Shown here in pieces: positions 9,983 through 18,517 of a stretch of DNA of 60,307 bases. The position numbers and the translations under genes were made by a program. Location of the stretch: assembly GCA_040756235.1 (NCBI GenBank), contig JBFLZG010000113.1, positions 1 through 60,307 of the forward strand, written 5' to 3'. The stretch comes from a bacterium (lineage in GTDB: Bacteria > Desulfobacterota > DSWW01). The first letter of the stretch is position 1; every line of letters starts with the position of its first letter. The notes beneath the pieces were generated by a model. That model did no database searches and was not told where the DNA came from. It worked only from the letters and a program-made list of their open reading frames with translations.

Positions 9983-11440
9983 ATGAGCGGGATCTGTTCC
10001 TATGGGGGTTATGTGCCGCGATACCGGTTGGACCGCAGAGTCATTTTCAAGGCCATGGGCTGGCTCAACCCCGCAAACATTGGTGTCGCCAGGGGAGAAA
10101 AGGCGGTCGCGAATTTCGATGAAGACAGTATCACCATGTCTGTGGCAGCTGCTGTTGATTGCCTGAACGGGGTGGATCGTTCGGCGTTGGGGGGCGTGTA
10201 CCTCGCGTCAACGAGCATGCCATATAAAGAGAGACTGAACGCCGGCATCGTAGCCTCTGCGCTCGGACTGCAGGAACACGTTCGGGCGGCCGATTTCACG
10301 GGCGGGCTCAAAGCGGGTACCACAGCGCTCCTGGCGGCCTTGGAAGGCGTGGCTGCCAATGGAGCGAACCGTCTCCTGGTTTGTGGGTCCGAATGCCGGC
10401 TCGGAAAGCCGGCATCCCAACAAGAGATGATCTTCGGCGACGCTGCGGCTGCGTTGATGGTGGGGAATCAGGATGTGATTGCAGAGTTCAAGGGGGCGTA
10501 TTCAACGACCTATGATTTCGTGGACCATTACCGGGGCGAACGCGCGCAGTTCGACCGTCAATGGGAGGACCGGTGGATTCGAGATTTGGGCTATGACCAC
10601 TTGGTTCCAGAGACCGTGGGGGGGCTTCTGAACAAGTATAGATTGAAGATCACGGATTTTGCGAAGATGATCTACCCGTGCCACTACCCTGCCGCACGAG
10701 AGAAGCTGAACCGAGTGATGGGAATCCCTGCTCAAGGCGAGCAGGGAAACCTCCAAGCGGAAATCGGAGAGAGCGGGGCCGCGCAATCCCTCGTCATGCT
10801 GGTTAAGGCTCTGGAGGATGCCAGGCCGGGGGACAAGATCCTCGTGGTGAGCTTTGGTTCCGGATGCGACGCTTTGTACTTCGAGGCTACGGACCAGATT
10901 GAACAAAGAAGGCCCTCGTCGGGGATCTCCGGTTCCCTGGCTCACAAGGCGGCCCTGGACAACTATACGAAATACCTGGTCTGGCGGGACATCCTGCCCG
11001 CAGAGGCGGGCGCGCGGGCCGAAGAGGATCTGTGGACTCGCTGGTCCTTACTCTGGAGGAAGAGGAAGGCGGTGCTGGGGCTCATTGGCGGCAAATGCAG
11101 ACGATGCCATACACCTCAGTTCCCTGCGCAGAGGGTCTGTGTGAATCCGGAATGCGGGGCCATCGACGAGATGGAGGATTACCCCTTCTCCCACAGGAGA
11201 GGCCGTATCGCGAGCTATACGGGAGACATGCTCGCCGCCTCTTTCAACCCGCCCGAGATGTACGGACAGATTGAGTTCGAGGAGGGAGGCAAGTACCAGT
11301 TCCACTTCACGGACTGTGACCTGGGGGATCTGGCCGTGGGGCTTCCCGTGCGGATGAGTTTTCGGAAGAAGTATTCGGACTCCAAGAGAGGCATCACGGG
11401 GTACTTCTGGAAGGCCGTTCCTGAGAGGGAGGTGAAGTAG
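9983..11440 (+). CDS. HMG-CoA-synthase-like domain fused to a Zn-ribbon/OB-fold (DUF35); thiolase partner
   Basis: YVPRYRL, EKAVANFDEDSITM, GDAAAA, SFGSG. C-terminal CRRC...CVNPEC followed by an OB fold (FRKKY...YFWKA). The HMGS catalytic Cys position reads GGLKAGT. Confidence 0.88.
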   Translation: MSGICSYGGYVPRYRLDRRVIFKAMGWLNPANIGVARGEKAVANFDEDSITMSVAAAVDCLNGVDRSALGGVYLASTSMPYKERLNAGIVASALGLQEHVRAADFTGGLKAGTTALLAALEGVAANGANRLLVCGSECRLGKPASQQEMIFGDAAAALMVGNQDVIAEFKGAYSTTYDFVDHYRGERAQFDRQWEDRWIRDLGYDHLVPETVGGLLNKYRLKITDFAKMIYPCHYPAAREKLNRVMGIPAQGEQGNLQAEIGESGAAQSLVMLVKALEDARPGDKILVVSFGSGCDALYFEATDQIEQRRPSSGISGSLAHKAALDNYTKYLVWRDILPAEAGARAEEDLWTRWSLLWRKRKAVLGLIGGKCRRCHTPQFPAQRVCVNPECGAIDEMEDYPFSHRRGRIASYTGDMLAASFNPPEMYGQIEFEEGGKYQFHFTDCDLGDLAVGLPVRMSFRKKYSDSKRGITGYFWKAVPEREVK

Positions 11441-12646
11441 ATGGCAGACGGCATCTGCAACAAGGTCGCTATTCTCGGGATGGGGTGCAGCCGGTTCGGG
11501 GAGCGCTGGGAATCCAGTTCCGAGGATTTGATGGTAGAAGCGTTCACCGAATGCCTGAAGGATGCAGGTGTCGATAAGAAGGAAATACAGGCAGCGTACC
11601 TGGGCACGCATTTTGACGAGGTGAACGTGGGCAAGTCCGGGTTGCCCATGGCCATTGCGCTGAAACTCCCCTATATCCCGGTGACTCGGACGGAGAATTT
11701 CTGCGCTACGGCAACCGAGGCTTTCCGGGCCGCTTGCTACTCCGTGGCAGCCGGCGTCTATGACATTGTCCTGGCGTTGGGGGTGGAGAAACTCAAGGAC
11801 ACCGGGTACGGGGGTCTCCCCGGCGGCGGCCTGCTGGGTGTCATGGACTTTGTAATCGGGGTGAACGGTACGGCGCCGGGGCAGTTTGCCCAGCTGGCCA
11901 CGGCTTACAGCGCGAAGTGGGGCGTCTCCATGGAGCGGATCAAGGATGCGATTGCACACATTTCGGTGAAGAGCCATGCGAACGGTGCCATGAACCCGAA
12001 GGCTCACTTGCGGAGGCCTGTCACCCAGGAGCAGGTCAAGGCCGCTCCCATGGTGGCTTTCCCGCTCGGCCTCTTCGACTGCTGCGGGGTCAGTGATGGG
12101 GCTGCCGCTGCAATCGTGACGACGCCGCAGATCGCGAAGAGCTTGAAGAGAAATGAGGACGTGGTAAAGGTCAAGGCCTTGCAGGTCTCGGCCACCTCGG
12201 GAGAGGAAGCGGGCTTTACCAATTGGGATGGAGCTCATCTGGCCACCACCCGAAGAGCTGCAGCGAGGGCCTATCAGGAGGCCGGGATCAAGGACCCGAG
12301 AAGCGAGATCGGCATGATGGAGGTGCACGACTGCTTTTCGATCACGGAATTCGTGACTTACGAGGACCTCCGCATTTCTCCGGAGGGTGGCGCCTGTGAG
12401 GACATCATGAGCGGGTTCTATGATCTGTCGGGCCAGGTACCCTGCCAGGTGGACGGAGGACTCAAATGTTTCGGCCATCCGATCGGCGCCTCGGGTCTGC
12501 GCATGATCTACGCAATGTACGAACAGATCCTGGGCAGAGTTCCGTACGAGCGAAGGGTGAAAGACCCCAGGACTGGGCTGACCCACAACCTGGGCGGAGT
12601 CCCCGCTCACTCCGTTGCGGCTGTCTGCATCATCGGGAAGGACTAA
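11441..12646 (+). CDS. SCP2/archaeal-type thiolase
   Basis: ENFCATA, EVHDCF, GGLKCFGHPIGASG, HNLGG. Abuts the DUF35 fusion gene. Confidence 0.92.
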   Translation: MADGICNKVAILGMGCSRFGERWESSSEDLMVEAFTECLKDAGVDKKEIQAAYLGTHFDEVNVGKSGLPMAIALKLPYIPVTRTENFCATATEAFRAACYSVAAGVYDIVLALGVEKLKDTGYGGLPGGGLLGVMDFVIGVNGTAPGQFAQLATAYSAKWGVSMERIKDAIAHISVKSHANGAMNPKAHLRRPVTQEQVKAAPMVAFPLGLFDCCGVSDGAAAAIVTTPQIAKSLKRNEDVVKVKALQVSATSGEEAGFTNWDGAHLATTRRAAARAYQEAGIKDPRSEIGMMEVHDCFSITEFVTYEDLRISPEGGACEDIMSGFYDLSGQVPCQVDGGLKCFGHPIGASGLRMIYAMYEQILGRVPYERRVKDPRTGLTHNLGGVPAHSVAAVCIIGKD

Positions 12647-12694
12647 CAACAGCGAGGATCGGGCTTCTCAAAGCATGAGCACGATCCCCTTCCT

Positions 12695-12943
12695 GAGAAG
12701 GTCCTCGGGTGGGACCGGGAGAAGGTCAATGTGCACGGGGGTGCCATCGCCCTGGGGCATCCCACGGGGTGCAGCGGTGCACGAATCGTGATCACGCTCT
12801 ATCACGCCCTGAAGCGCGTGTGCGGCGAGCATGGAGTGGCCTCAACGGACGCTGGTGTTCATTCGATCACCTGTGAGGTAGGCGGATCGGACCAAAGAGG
12901 CGAAACAAAGATCGTCGGGACTCTCGAAGCTGTCCTGCCTTGA
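12695..12943 (+). pseudogene. thiolase C-terminal fragment fused to a probable MaoC-dehydratase C-terminal remnant
   Basis: [34 protein letters not shown] is a thiolase tail. It continues in frame into [25 protein letters not shown], which resembles a MaoC/hot-dog C-terminus. Confidence 0.7.
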
Positions 12944-12986
12944 GTGGCTCAAGCCCGAGCCCTCCTCTGTCAAAAGGAAGCCAACC

Positions 12987-14165
12987 GTGGACACATCCGC
13001 ATTCAGATTGACGGAAGAACAGGAAGACATCCGAGTGAGAGCGAGGGAGTTCGGCGAGAAGTGGTCGCCTCTTGCGAAAGACATCGATGTAAGCAATCGT
13101 GCACCGATGAAGGAGATGCTGCAAGATTCTGTCAGAAGAGGACTCTCTGGCATCACGATCCCCGGGAGGTACGGGGGGCAGGATCTCAATGCGATCGAGT
13201 TCGTGCTGGCGACAGAGGAAGCGTGCAGGGCGGCCAAGACGTGGCTTGTGGGAGACGTTCTCTTTGCCACGACGTGTACCGGGCCGTCGATCATCATGAT
13301 GTCGGAGAACGTGTCCTTGCAGCTGAAGGTTCTTCCGCTGATTGCGAGAGGAGAGAAGACTGCCTCCATTGCGATGACGGAACCGAAGTACGGGTCCGCC
13401 GTGACCGACATCGAAACCTCGGCGGTACTGGACGGCGATCACTATGTGATCAACGGGACGAAGCGTTTCATTACCGGAGCCCCTGAGAATGATCTTTATG
13501 CGACCTTTGTGCGGTTCAAGGGCATCCCGGGGGCAGGGGGCGTCGGAGCTGTTCTTGTCGAGAGAGATGCGCCCGGTCTGACGATGGGGCAGGGACCGCA
13601 GGTAATGGGATCGAGGGGCGGGCCGCATGGTGAGCTTTACTTTGAGAACTGCCGGGTGTCAAGAGAAAACCTTCTGCTGGGCGAGGGCAAGTTCGGAAAG
13701 CTGATGCAGGCGTTCAACATGGAAAGACTGTACATCGCCGCCCTGTGTGTAGGGCTTGCGGAAGGCGCATTTGATTCGGCGTTGAGTTATTCAAACAATC
13801 GGGAGCAGTTCGGGAGGCCGGTAAACGAATTTCAGGCGGTCTACCATATGATTGCGGAGATGTGGACTCAGATCGAATCGGCTCGGTATCTGACATACAG
13901 GGCCGCTCTGACCGCCGAGGGAGGAAAATTCCCGAATCCCCTCGATGTCTCTATGGCAAAGCTTCATGCGGCTGATGTGGGCCGGGACGTGTGCTGGAAA
14001 GCGATGCAGATACTTGGTGGCGACGGTCTGGTGATCGGGTTTCCTCCGGAGCGCTGCTTCAGGGATGTGATCGTCTCCTCGATTGCGGGAGGCACGATGC
14101 AAGTCTTGAAGAACGTGATTGCCTCCATGGTGATCAGGAAGAAGCTCGACCAGAGAAGATCCTGA
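12987..14165 (+). CDS. acyl-CoA dehydrogenase
   Basis: IAMTEPKYGS, NGTKRFITG, REQFGRPVNEFQ, LGGDG, IAGGT. Confidence 0.93.
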   Translation: MDTSAFRLTEEQEDIRVRAREFGEKWSPLAKDIDVSNRAPMKEMLQDSVRRGLSGITIPGRYGGQDLNAIEFVLATEEACRAAKTWLVGDVLFATTCTGPSIIMMSENVSLQLKVLPLIARGEKTASIAMTEPKYGSAVTDIETSAVLDGDHYVINGTKRFITGAPENDLYATFVRFKGIPGAGGVGAVLVERDAPGLTMGQGPQVMGSRGGPHGELYFENCRVSRENLLLGEGKFGKLMQAFNMERLYIAALCVGLAEGAFDSALSYSNNREQFGRPVNEFQAVYHMIAEMWTQIESARYLTYRAALTAEGGKFPNPLDVSMAKLHAADVGRDVCWKAMQILGGDGLVIGFPPERCFRDVIVSSIAGGTMQVLKNVIASMVIRKKLDQRRS

Positions 14166-14314
14166 TCGGGTGTCCCGCCTCTTGGAGGCCAAGGTTGATC
14201 CCTCTGCTTTCCATCGTAGCCTTACGTAGCCCCTAAATGATAATGACGAGCAGTCTCTACTTGACGCTTTCTCCGCGAAGCGACATGGCGCTCTCAACTG
14301 ATGACTGGAAACCT

Positions 14315-14770
14315 TCAGGCTTTGGGCAGATACGGCTCCATCATCCTGGCCAGCGCCGGCAGCGACGTGACGACTTCCTTGCGCGCCTTCGGCCTGAACT
14401 TCTGGTAGGTCGTGTGGACCGTCTGGCTCGACGACTCCTGCACTCGGGCATCGGTCACCCGCAGCAACTGGTCCGCAATCGCTTCATGGTGCGGCTTCAG
14501 GTACTCCGACCACGAGATCCCTTTGCCCTGTTGCCGATATCGTGTGAAATAGGGATCGAGCTGCTCGACGAAATCCGGCATCAGCTTCTCCACGCCCTTC
14601 CTGAGCACCTTCCCCTGCTGCACGCCTTTGAGGACCTTGTAGGCCCCCTTGAGCGCGAGACCTCCGATGCCGGATCTCTTGGATACCTCCCCGTCCAGAG
14701 TCCTGAGACTGTCCTCGACCAGCGATCGGAACACTGCGGGATCCTGCACAAGCTCTTTGAGACTCTTCAT
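14315..14770 (-). CDS. conserved hypothetical protein (DUF6918-like)
   Basis: LDGEVSKRSGIGGLALKGAYKVLKGV...FVEQLDPYF...LLRVTDAR...YQKFRPKA pattern; GGAGAAAG RBS. Confidence 0.7.
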   Translation of the reverse strand: MKSLKELVQDPAVFRSLVEDSLRTLDGEVSKRSGIGGLALKGAYKVLKGVQQGKVLRKGVEKLMPDFVEQLDPYFTRYRQQGKGISWSEYLKPHHEAIADQLLRVTDARVQESSSQTVHTTYQKFRPKARKEVVTSLPALARMMEPYLPKA

Positions 14771-14791
14771 CTTTCCTCCCGATAATTGAAT

Positions 14792-15760
14792 TCAAGGATG
14801 CGGTTCGAACGAGTCCCATCCGGCCAGCTTCTCCACGTCCGGGTGCCGTTCCTTGGATGCCTCCTCCGCGGTCGGAGTCGGGGTGCCGGCCGGCTCGGAG
14901 AACAGATAGGTCTTGATTCCCTTCCGGGCGGAGGCCTCCGCAGCGGCAGGATCGCCGGTGACCAGGTAAGCCGGTCTATCCCTCTCTTGCGAGAGCGTCT
15001 CGACGATCTCCGCCCCAGGGGGAGCGCCTCCGCTCGGCGTGGCGCCCGGAGCGGTATCCAGGAGCAAGAGAGGGGCCTGAGGGAAATCGTGGTCGTCCAG
15101 CCATTTCCGTACCTGCCAGGCCGACGGGCGGGACGTGGCGCTGAGGTAGACCAGGTCGAAGCCGGCAGAGAGCTTCTTCAGGGTTTCCCTGGAATCCGGC
15201 AGGGGCGGTTCGACCGTGGTCGTCCACTGCCGGAGCGGCGCGGGCAGCGCGCTCCGAGGCGTCAGTGCGCCCTCGACCTCCACGAACAGCAGGGGAAGGC
15301 TCGGCCTCTGAATGAAGACCGTGCCGCCGGCCGGGTCGGCGCGCAACCGGGGGGTTTCGGCAAGCCCGACGGTAATGGATTCTTTCCCGGACCTCCCGGC
15401 CGTGAGAGGAATCCGGGCCAGGCCCGAGGCATCGGTGAGCCTCTCGGCCACAAGGCCTCCCGACGCATCATGGAAGCGCAGGAGCTCGCCTCGCACTCCC
15501 GAGGAGAAAGCGGACAGCCACCCTTTCCGATAGAGATGCGCCTCGACCCAGACTTTCTGGCCCGGCCGGCAGAACTGGTCCGGCACCCAGATCCTGGCTT
15601 CCGACTCGCCGAGCGCGGTCCCATGCGTCAGGCAGAGACAAATCCAAACTGCGGCGGCGAGCCGGGCTGGGGAGCGCACCCCGCACCCGAAGACAGCGAA
15701 GCAGCCGGCAGGAACGTTCGCCTTCTGCCGGGCGATCGATTGTTTCGGATGCCTCCTCAT
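14792..15760 (-). CDS. exported protein with an Ig-like domain and a degenerate LNS2/HAD-like domain
   Basis: Hydrophobic signal region, TDASGLA beta-sandwich motif, LVYLSA...VRKWLDDHDFP (lipin/App1-like). ATGA overlap with the AOR stop. Confidence 0.55.
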   Translation of the reverse strand: MRRHPKQSIARQKANVPAGCFAVFGCGVRSPARLAAAVWICLCLTHGTALGESEARIWVPDQFCRPGQKVWVEAHLYRKGWLSAFSSGVRGELLRFHDASGGLVAERLTDASGLARIPLTAGRSGKESITVGLAETPRLRADPAGGTVFIQRPSLPLLFVEVEGALTPRSALPAPLRQWTTTVEPPLPDSRETLKKLSAGFDLVYLSATSRPSAWQVRKWLDDHDFPQAPLLLLDTAPGATPSGGAPPGAEIVETLSQERDRPAYLVTGDPAAAEASARKGIKTYLFSEPAGTPTPTAEEASKERHPDVEKLAGWDSFEPHP

Positions 15761-17775
15761 GGGGCCCGCCCGGAGTCCCGGCCGTACAGCGCCCGGGACG
15801 CATCCTCCAGGCCGAGCTCCTCGAGCTTGGCCCGGGTGGGAATCCCGGTCTGTTCGTCCCACCCCATGGCGCGGCAGAAATCACCGTGCAGGCTCTCACG
15901 GTCGAGCCGGACGCCCTTGAGGGGGCCGTAAGTCAGCGGCGGGCTGCCCGCGGCCCTGGGGTTCATGAGAAAATCCATCCTGGGCCGAAGGCCTTCCCGG
16001 GCATTGAAGGCCTGCCGCAGGTTCTGGATCCGCTCGCCGATGCGGAGGTAGTCCTCGGCTTTCCGGTCCCAGCCCGTGACCGCGTTGGCGTACTCCACGA
16101 GCGGGTAGTTGCCGGCCATCTGGAGCGCAAACAGACAGCACCCCAGGCCGTTGGCCAGTTGCACGTACTTGCTCCCGGCGACCTGCAGTACGTGCTTCCC
16201 CTCGGGTTTGTACTTCTCCCTGACCCGGTAGAGCTGGGGAGGCTTGGGCAGACCCTTGAAGATCTTGTGCATGGCGAACAGCTCGGCCCATTGATAGGAG
16301 ACGTTGGTGTGCCGTCCGGGCGTCGGCTCGAGCTCGTAGCATACGAGGAACCCCGGGTCGAAACGGGGATCGTGCATGGGCAGCTCCTGGCCGCCCGCGT
16401 GCACGGCATAACGATCACTTCCCTTTCCGATCTTCTCTGCGGCCCGCTTGACGCCGTCGGCCAGAGTGTCTCCGATCCCTTGTCGGTCGATCATCTTTTG
16501 CAGCAGATCGATCACGCCCGGGGCGTTTCCCCAGTGGAGGTCGATCCCGTCGAGGTCGTCCTTGCTCAGGATCCCGTTCTCGTAACATTCCATGGCGAAA
16601 GCGACCGTGGCTCCGGCCGAGATGGTGTCCATTCCTGCGCGGTTGAGCATCTCGGTGATCTTGAAGACGGCGTCCAAGTCGTTGTTCAGCAGGAGGGCCC
16701 CGAAGGAGCAACAGGTCTCGTATTCGGGCTTGTGAGTGAGCTCGACCGGGTACGGCCCCGAGGTGACCTTGCACAGGCCTCCGCATCCGAGGGGGCAGCT
16801 GTAACAGTTGTACTTGCGGAACTGGCGGTCGACGATGCGCTGCGGATCGAGCTTTCCGGAGTGCGTATCGATCGGGAAATCCCGGTAGCCCGCCCCCTTC
16901 CAGTTCTTCACCGGCGAGTCGCCGCTCTCGGATGAAAGGACGTTGCCCACGATGGTGCCGAACTGGCGGAAGGCCATCTTGGCAAGGTTGCCGTCCTGGG
17001 CCATGCCGATGGGGGAGACGCGATAGAGCCTCCCCAGGAACCTGGCGAGCCCGGACGGCAGGTATTTTTCGAACGGCTTGCTGGCGTTGAGCCACTTCAG
17101 GAACTTTTCGTTGATCGTCTTGATCCGCCCCGGGTCCTCGGCGCCGACGGTCTCCTTGCCGGACAGCGCCACGGCTTTCAGCCGCTTCGACCCCATCACC
17201 GCTCCGAGGCCGGAGCGCGCCGCGATCCTGCCGCGGTCGTTGCAGACACCGGAGATCCTCGAAAGGTTCTCGCCGGACTGTCCGATCACCGCTACCTGGA
17301 CCTTCCTGTCGGCGTTCTCTTCCTGGATCCTCTCTTCGGCTTCGGTCGCGTCCATGCCCCAGAGGTGAGAGGCATCGACGAGCTCGGGTCGGCCTCCGGC
17401 CACCCGCAGGTAGACCGGCCGCGGACTGATCCCGTGAAAGAAGATTCCGTCGTAACCGCACCGCTTGATCGCCGGCGCAAAGGTGCCGCCGCAGTTGGAC
17501 TCGCCGTAGCCGCCCGTCAGTGGGGATTTTGCCGCAACCATCCAGCGGCCCGCCAGGAGGGCACCCGTACCGGTCAGCAGGCCCGACACGATGCCGAGGA
17601 CGTTATCCGGTCCCAGGGGATCGGCCCCTTTGGGGATACTGTCGAAGAGAACCTTGGCTGCGAGGCCGGCGCCGGAGAGAAGGCGCTCGTAGGTCTCGTC
17701 CGGTTCAGACTCCACCCGGGTCTTGCCGGTCGCCAGGTCCACGTGCAGCACCTTACCCATGTAGCCCTTTGGCAT
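15757..17775 (-). CDS. aor: aldehyde:ferredoxin oxidoreductase (W/Mo AOR family)
   Basis: GYMGKVLHVDL, AKSPLTGG, GRSGLGAVMGSK-like motif (ARSGLGAVMGSKRLKA), CYSCPLGC, PEYET, GMDTIS, HDPR. Confidence 0.95.
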   Translation of the reverse strand: MPKGYMGKVLHVDLATGKTRVESEPDETYERLLSGAGLAAKVLFDSIPKGADPLGPDNVLGIVSGLLTGTGALLAGRWMVAAKSPLTGGYGESNCGGTFAPAIKRCGYDGIFFHGISPRPVYLRVAGGRPELVDASHLWGMDATEAEERIQEENADRKVQVAVIGQSGENLSRISGVCNDRGRIAARSGLGAVMGSKRLKAVALSGKETVGAEDPGRIKTINEKFLKWLNASKPFEKYLPSGLARFLGRLYRVSPIGMAQDGNLAKMAFRQFGTIVGNVLSSESGDSPVKNWKGAGYRDFPIDTHSGKLDPQRIVDRQFRKYNCYSCPLGCGGLCKVTSGPYPVELTHKPEYETCCSFGALLLNNDLDAVFKITEMLNRAGMDTISAGATVAFAMECYENGILSKDDLDGIDLHWGNAPGVIDLLQKMIDRQGIGDTLADGVKRAAEKIGKGSDRYAVHAGGQELPMHDPRFDPGFLVCYELEPTPGRHTNVSYQWAELFAMHKIFKGLPKPPQLYRVREKYKPEGKHVLQVAGSKYVQLANGLGCCLFALQMAGNYPLVEYANAVTGWDRKAEDYLRIGERIQNLRQAFNAREGLRPRMDFLMNPRAAGSPPLTYGPLKGVRLDRESLHGDFCRAMGWDEQTGIPTRAKLEELGLEDASRALYGRDSGRAP

Positions 17776-17812
17776 CTATTCCCTCCCCCTTCACGCCCTC
17801 GGAAAGCGGTCG

Positions 17813-17870
17813 CCTGCGGCGTACCCTGTCAGGTTCGCCTGCTCTGCATCAGGCCATTTCTCGCCGGCCT
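17813..17870. repeat. degenerate partial copy of the MITE-like repeat
   Basis: CTGCGGCGTACCCTGTCAGGTTCGCCT...TGCATCAGGCCATTTCTCGCCGGCCT resembles the 42856-42977 copy. A further end-like AGGCTGGCGAAA lies at ~17901. Confidence 0.5.
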
Positions 17871-18213
17871 CTCGAGCGGGTGTGTCCCGCTCCCTCTCTG
17901 AGGCTGGCGAAATCGAAAATGAAACCGGAAGCAGAAAATCGTAACCGCTGAGGAGCGCTCTTGCCGTACTCTTGCCAGCTGGCGCGCAGCCAAGCACACG
18001 GGGGCCGCGCATCAGGGCCCGCAAAAAGTAATCTTTGCACAGACCTTTAAACGAGGTCAAATACATCCTGGGAAAGGGTTTTTGGGACCTGAATCGGCCT
18101 TGCGCCAGCTCCGAGGCCGCCTCCGGCTTCACCTGGTACGATGTTTGCTAAACTGCTGGACAAGTCAGGAAAGCGAACCCGTGCGGACCTGCGCAATGGA
18201 GCACTTGGGGAAA

Positions 18214-18462
18214 ATGGAGCTAACGATACCCGTCGGTCAGATGATCCTCTTCATCGGGCTCATCACGTTCTGCCTTCTCTTTGCCCGGTTCAAGCTGGGG
18301 CTCTCGATCACCTTCTGCTTCACCTTCTACTGGGGCTTCATCTACAACAAGGACATGTTCTTCTCGAATCTCGAGAGCTCGAGCCCCTACCTGCTCTTCT
18401 ACTTCTTCAGCGGATTCCTGCTGATCTTGTTCGCCCTGGTGGCCTTCATGACCGAGGACTGA
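18214..18462 (+). CDS. small membrane protein
   Basis: MELTIPVGQMILFIGLITFCLLF...FYWGFIYN...: about three hydrophobic segments, GC-rich third codon positions, GGGGAAA RBS (alternative start 18196). Confidence 0.75.
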   Translation: MELTIPVGQMILFIGLITFCLLFARFKLGLSITFCFTFYWGFIYNKDMFFSNLESSSPYLLFYFFSGFLLILFALVAFMTED

Positions 18463-18517
18463 GAGCAGTCATCGGAGCTGTCGGGCATCAGCTGTTTGGG
18501 GCGACCGCCGGTCGCCC

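Noticed and set aside
17776..18200. Moco/tungsten or c-di-GMP riboswitch upstream of AOR or the small membrane protein
   Set aside because: Consensus elements are not found. The AOR leader is better explained by a MITE remnant.
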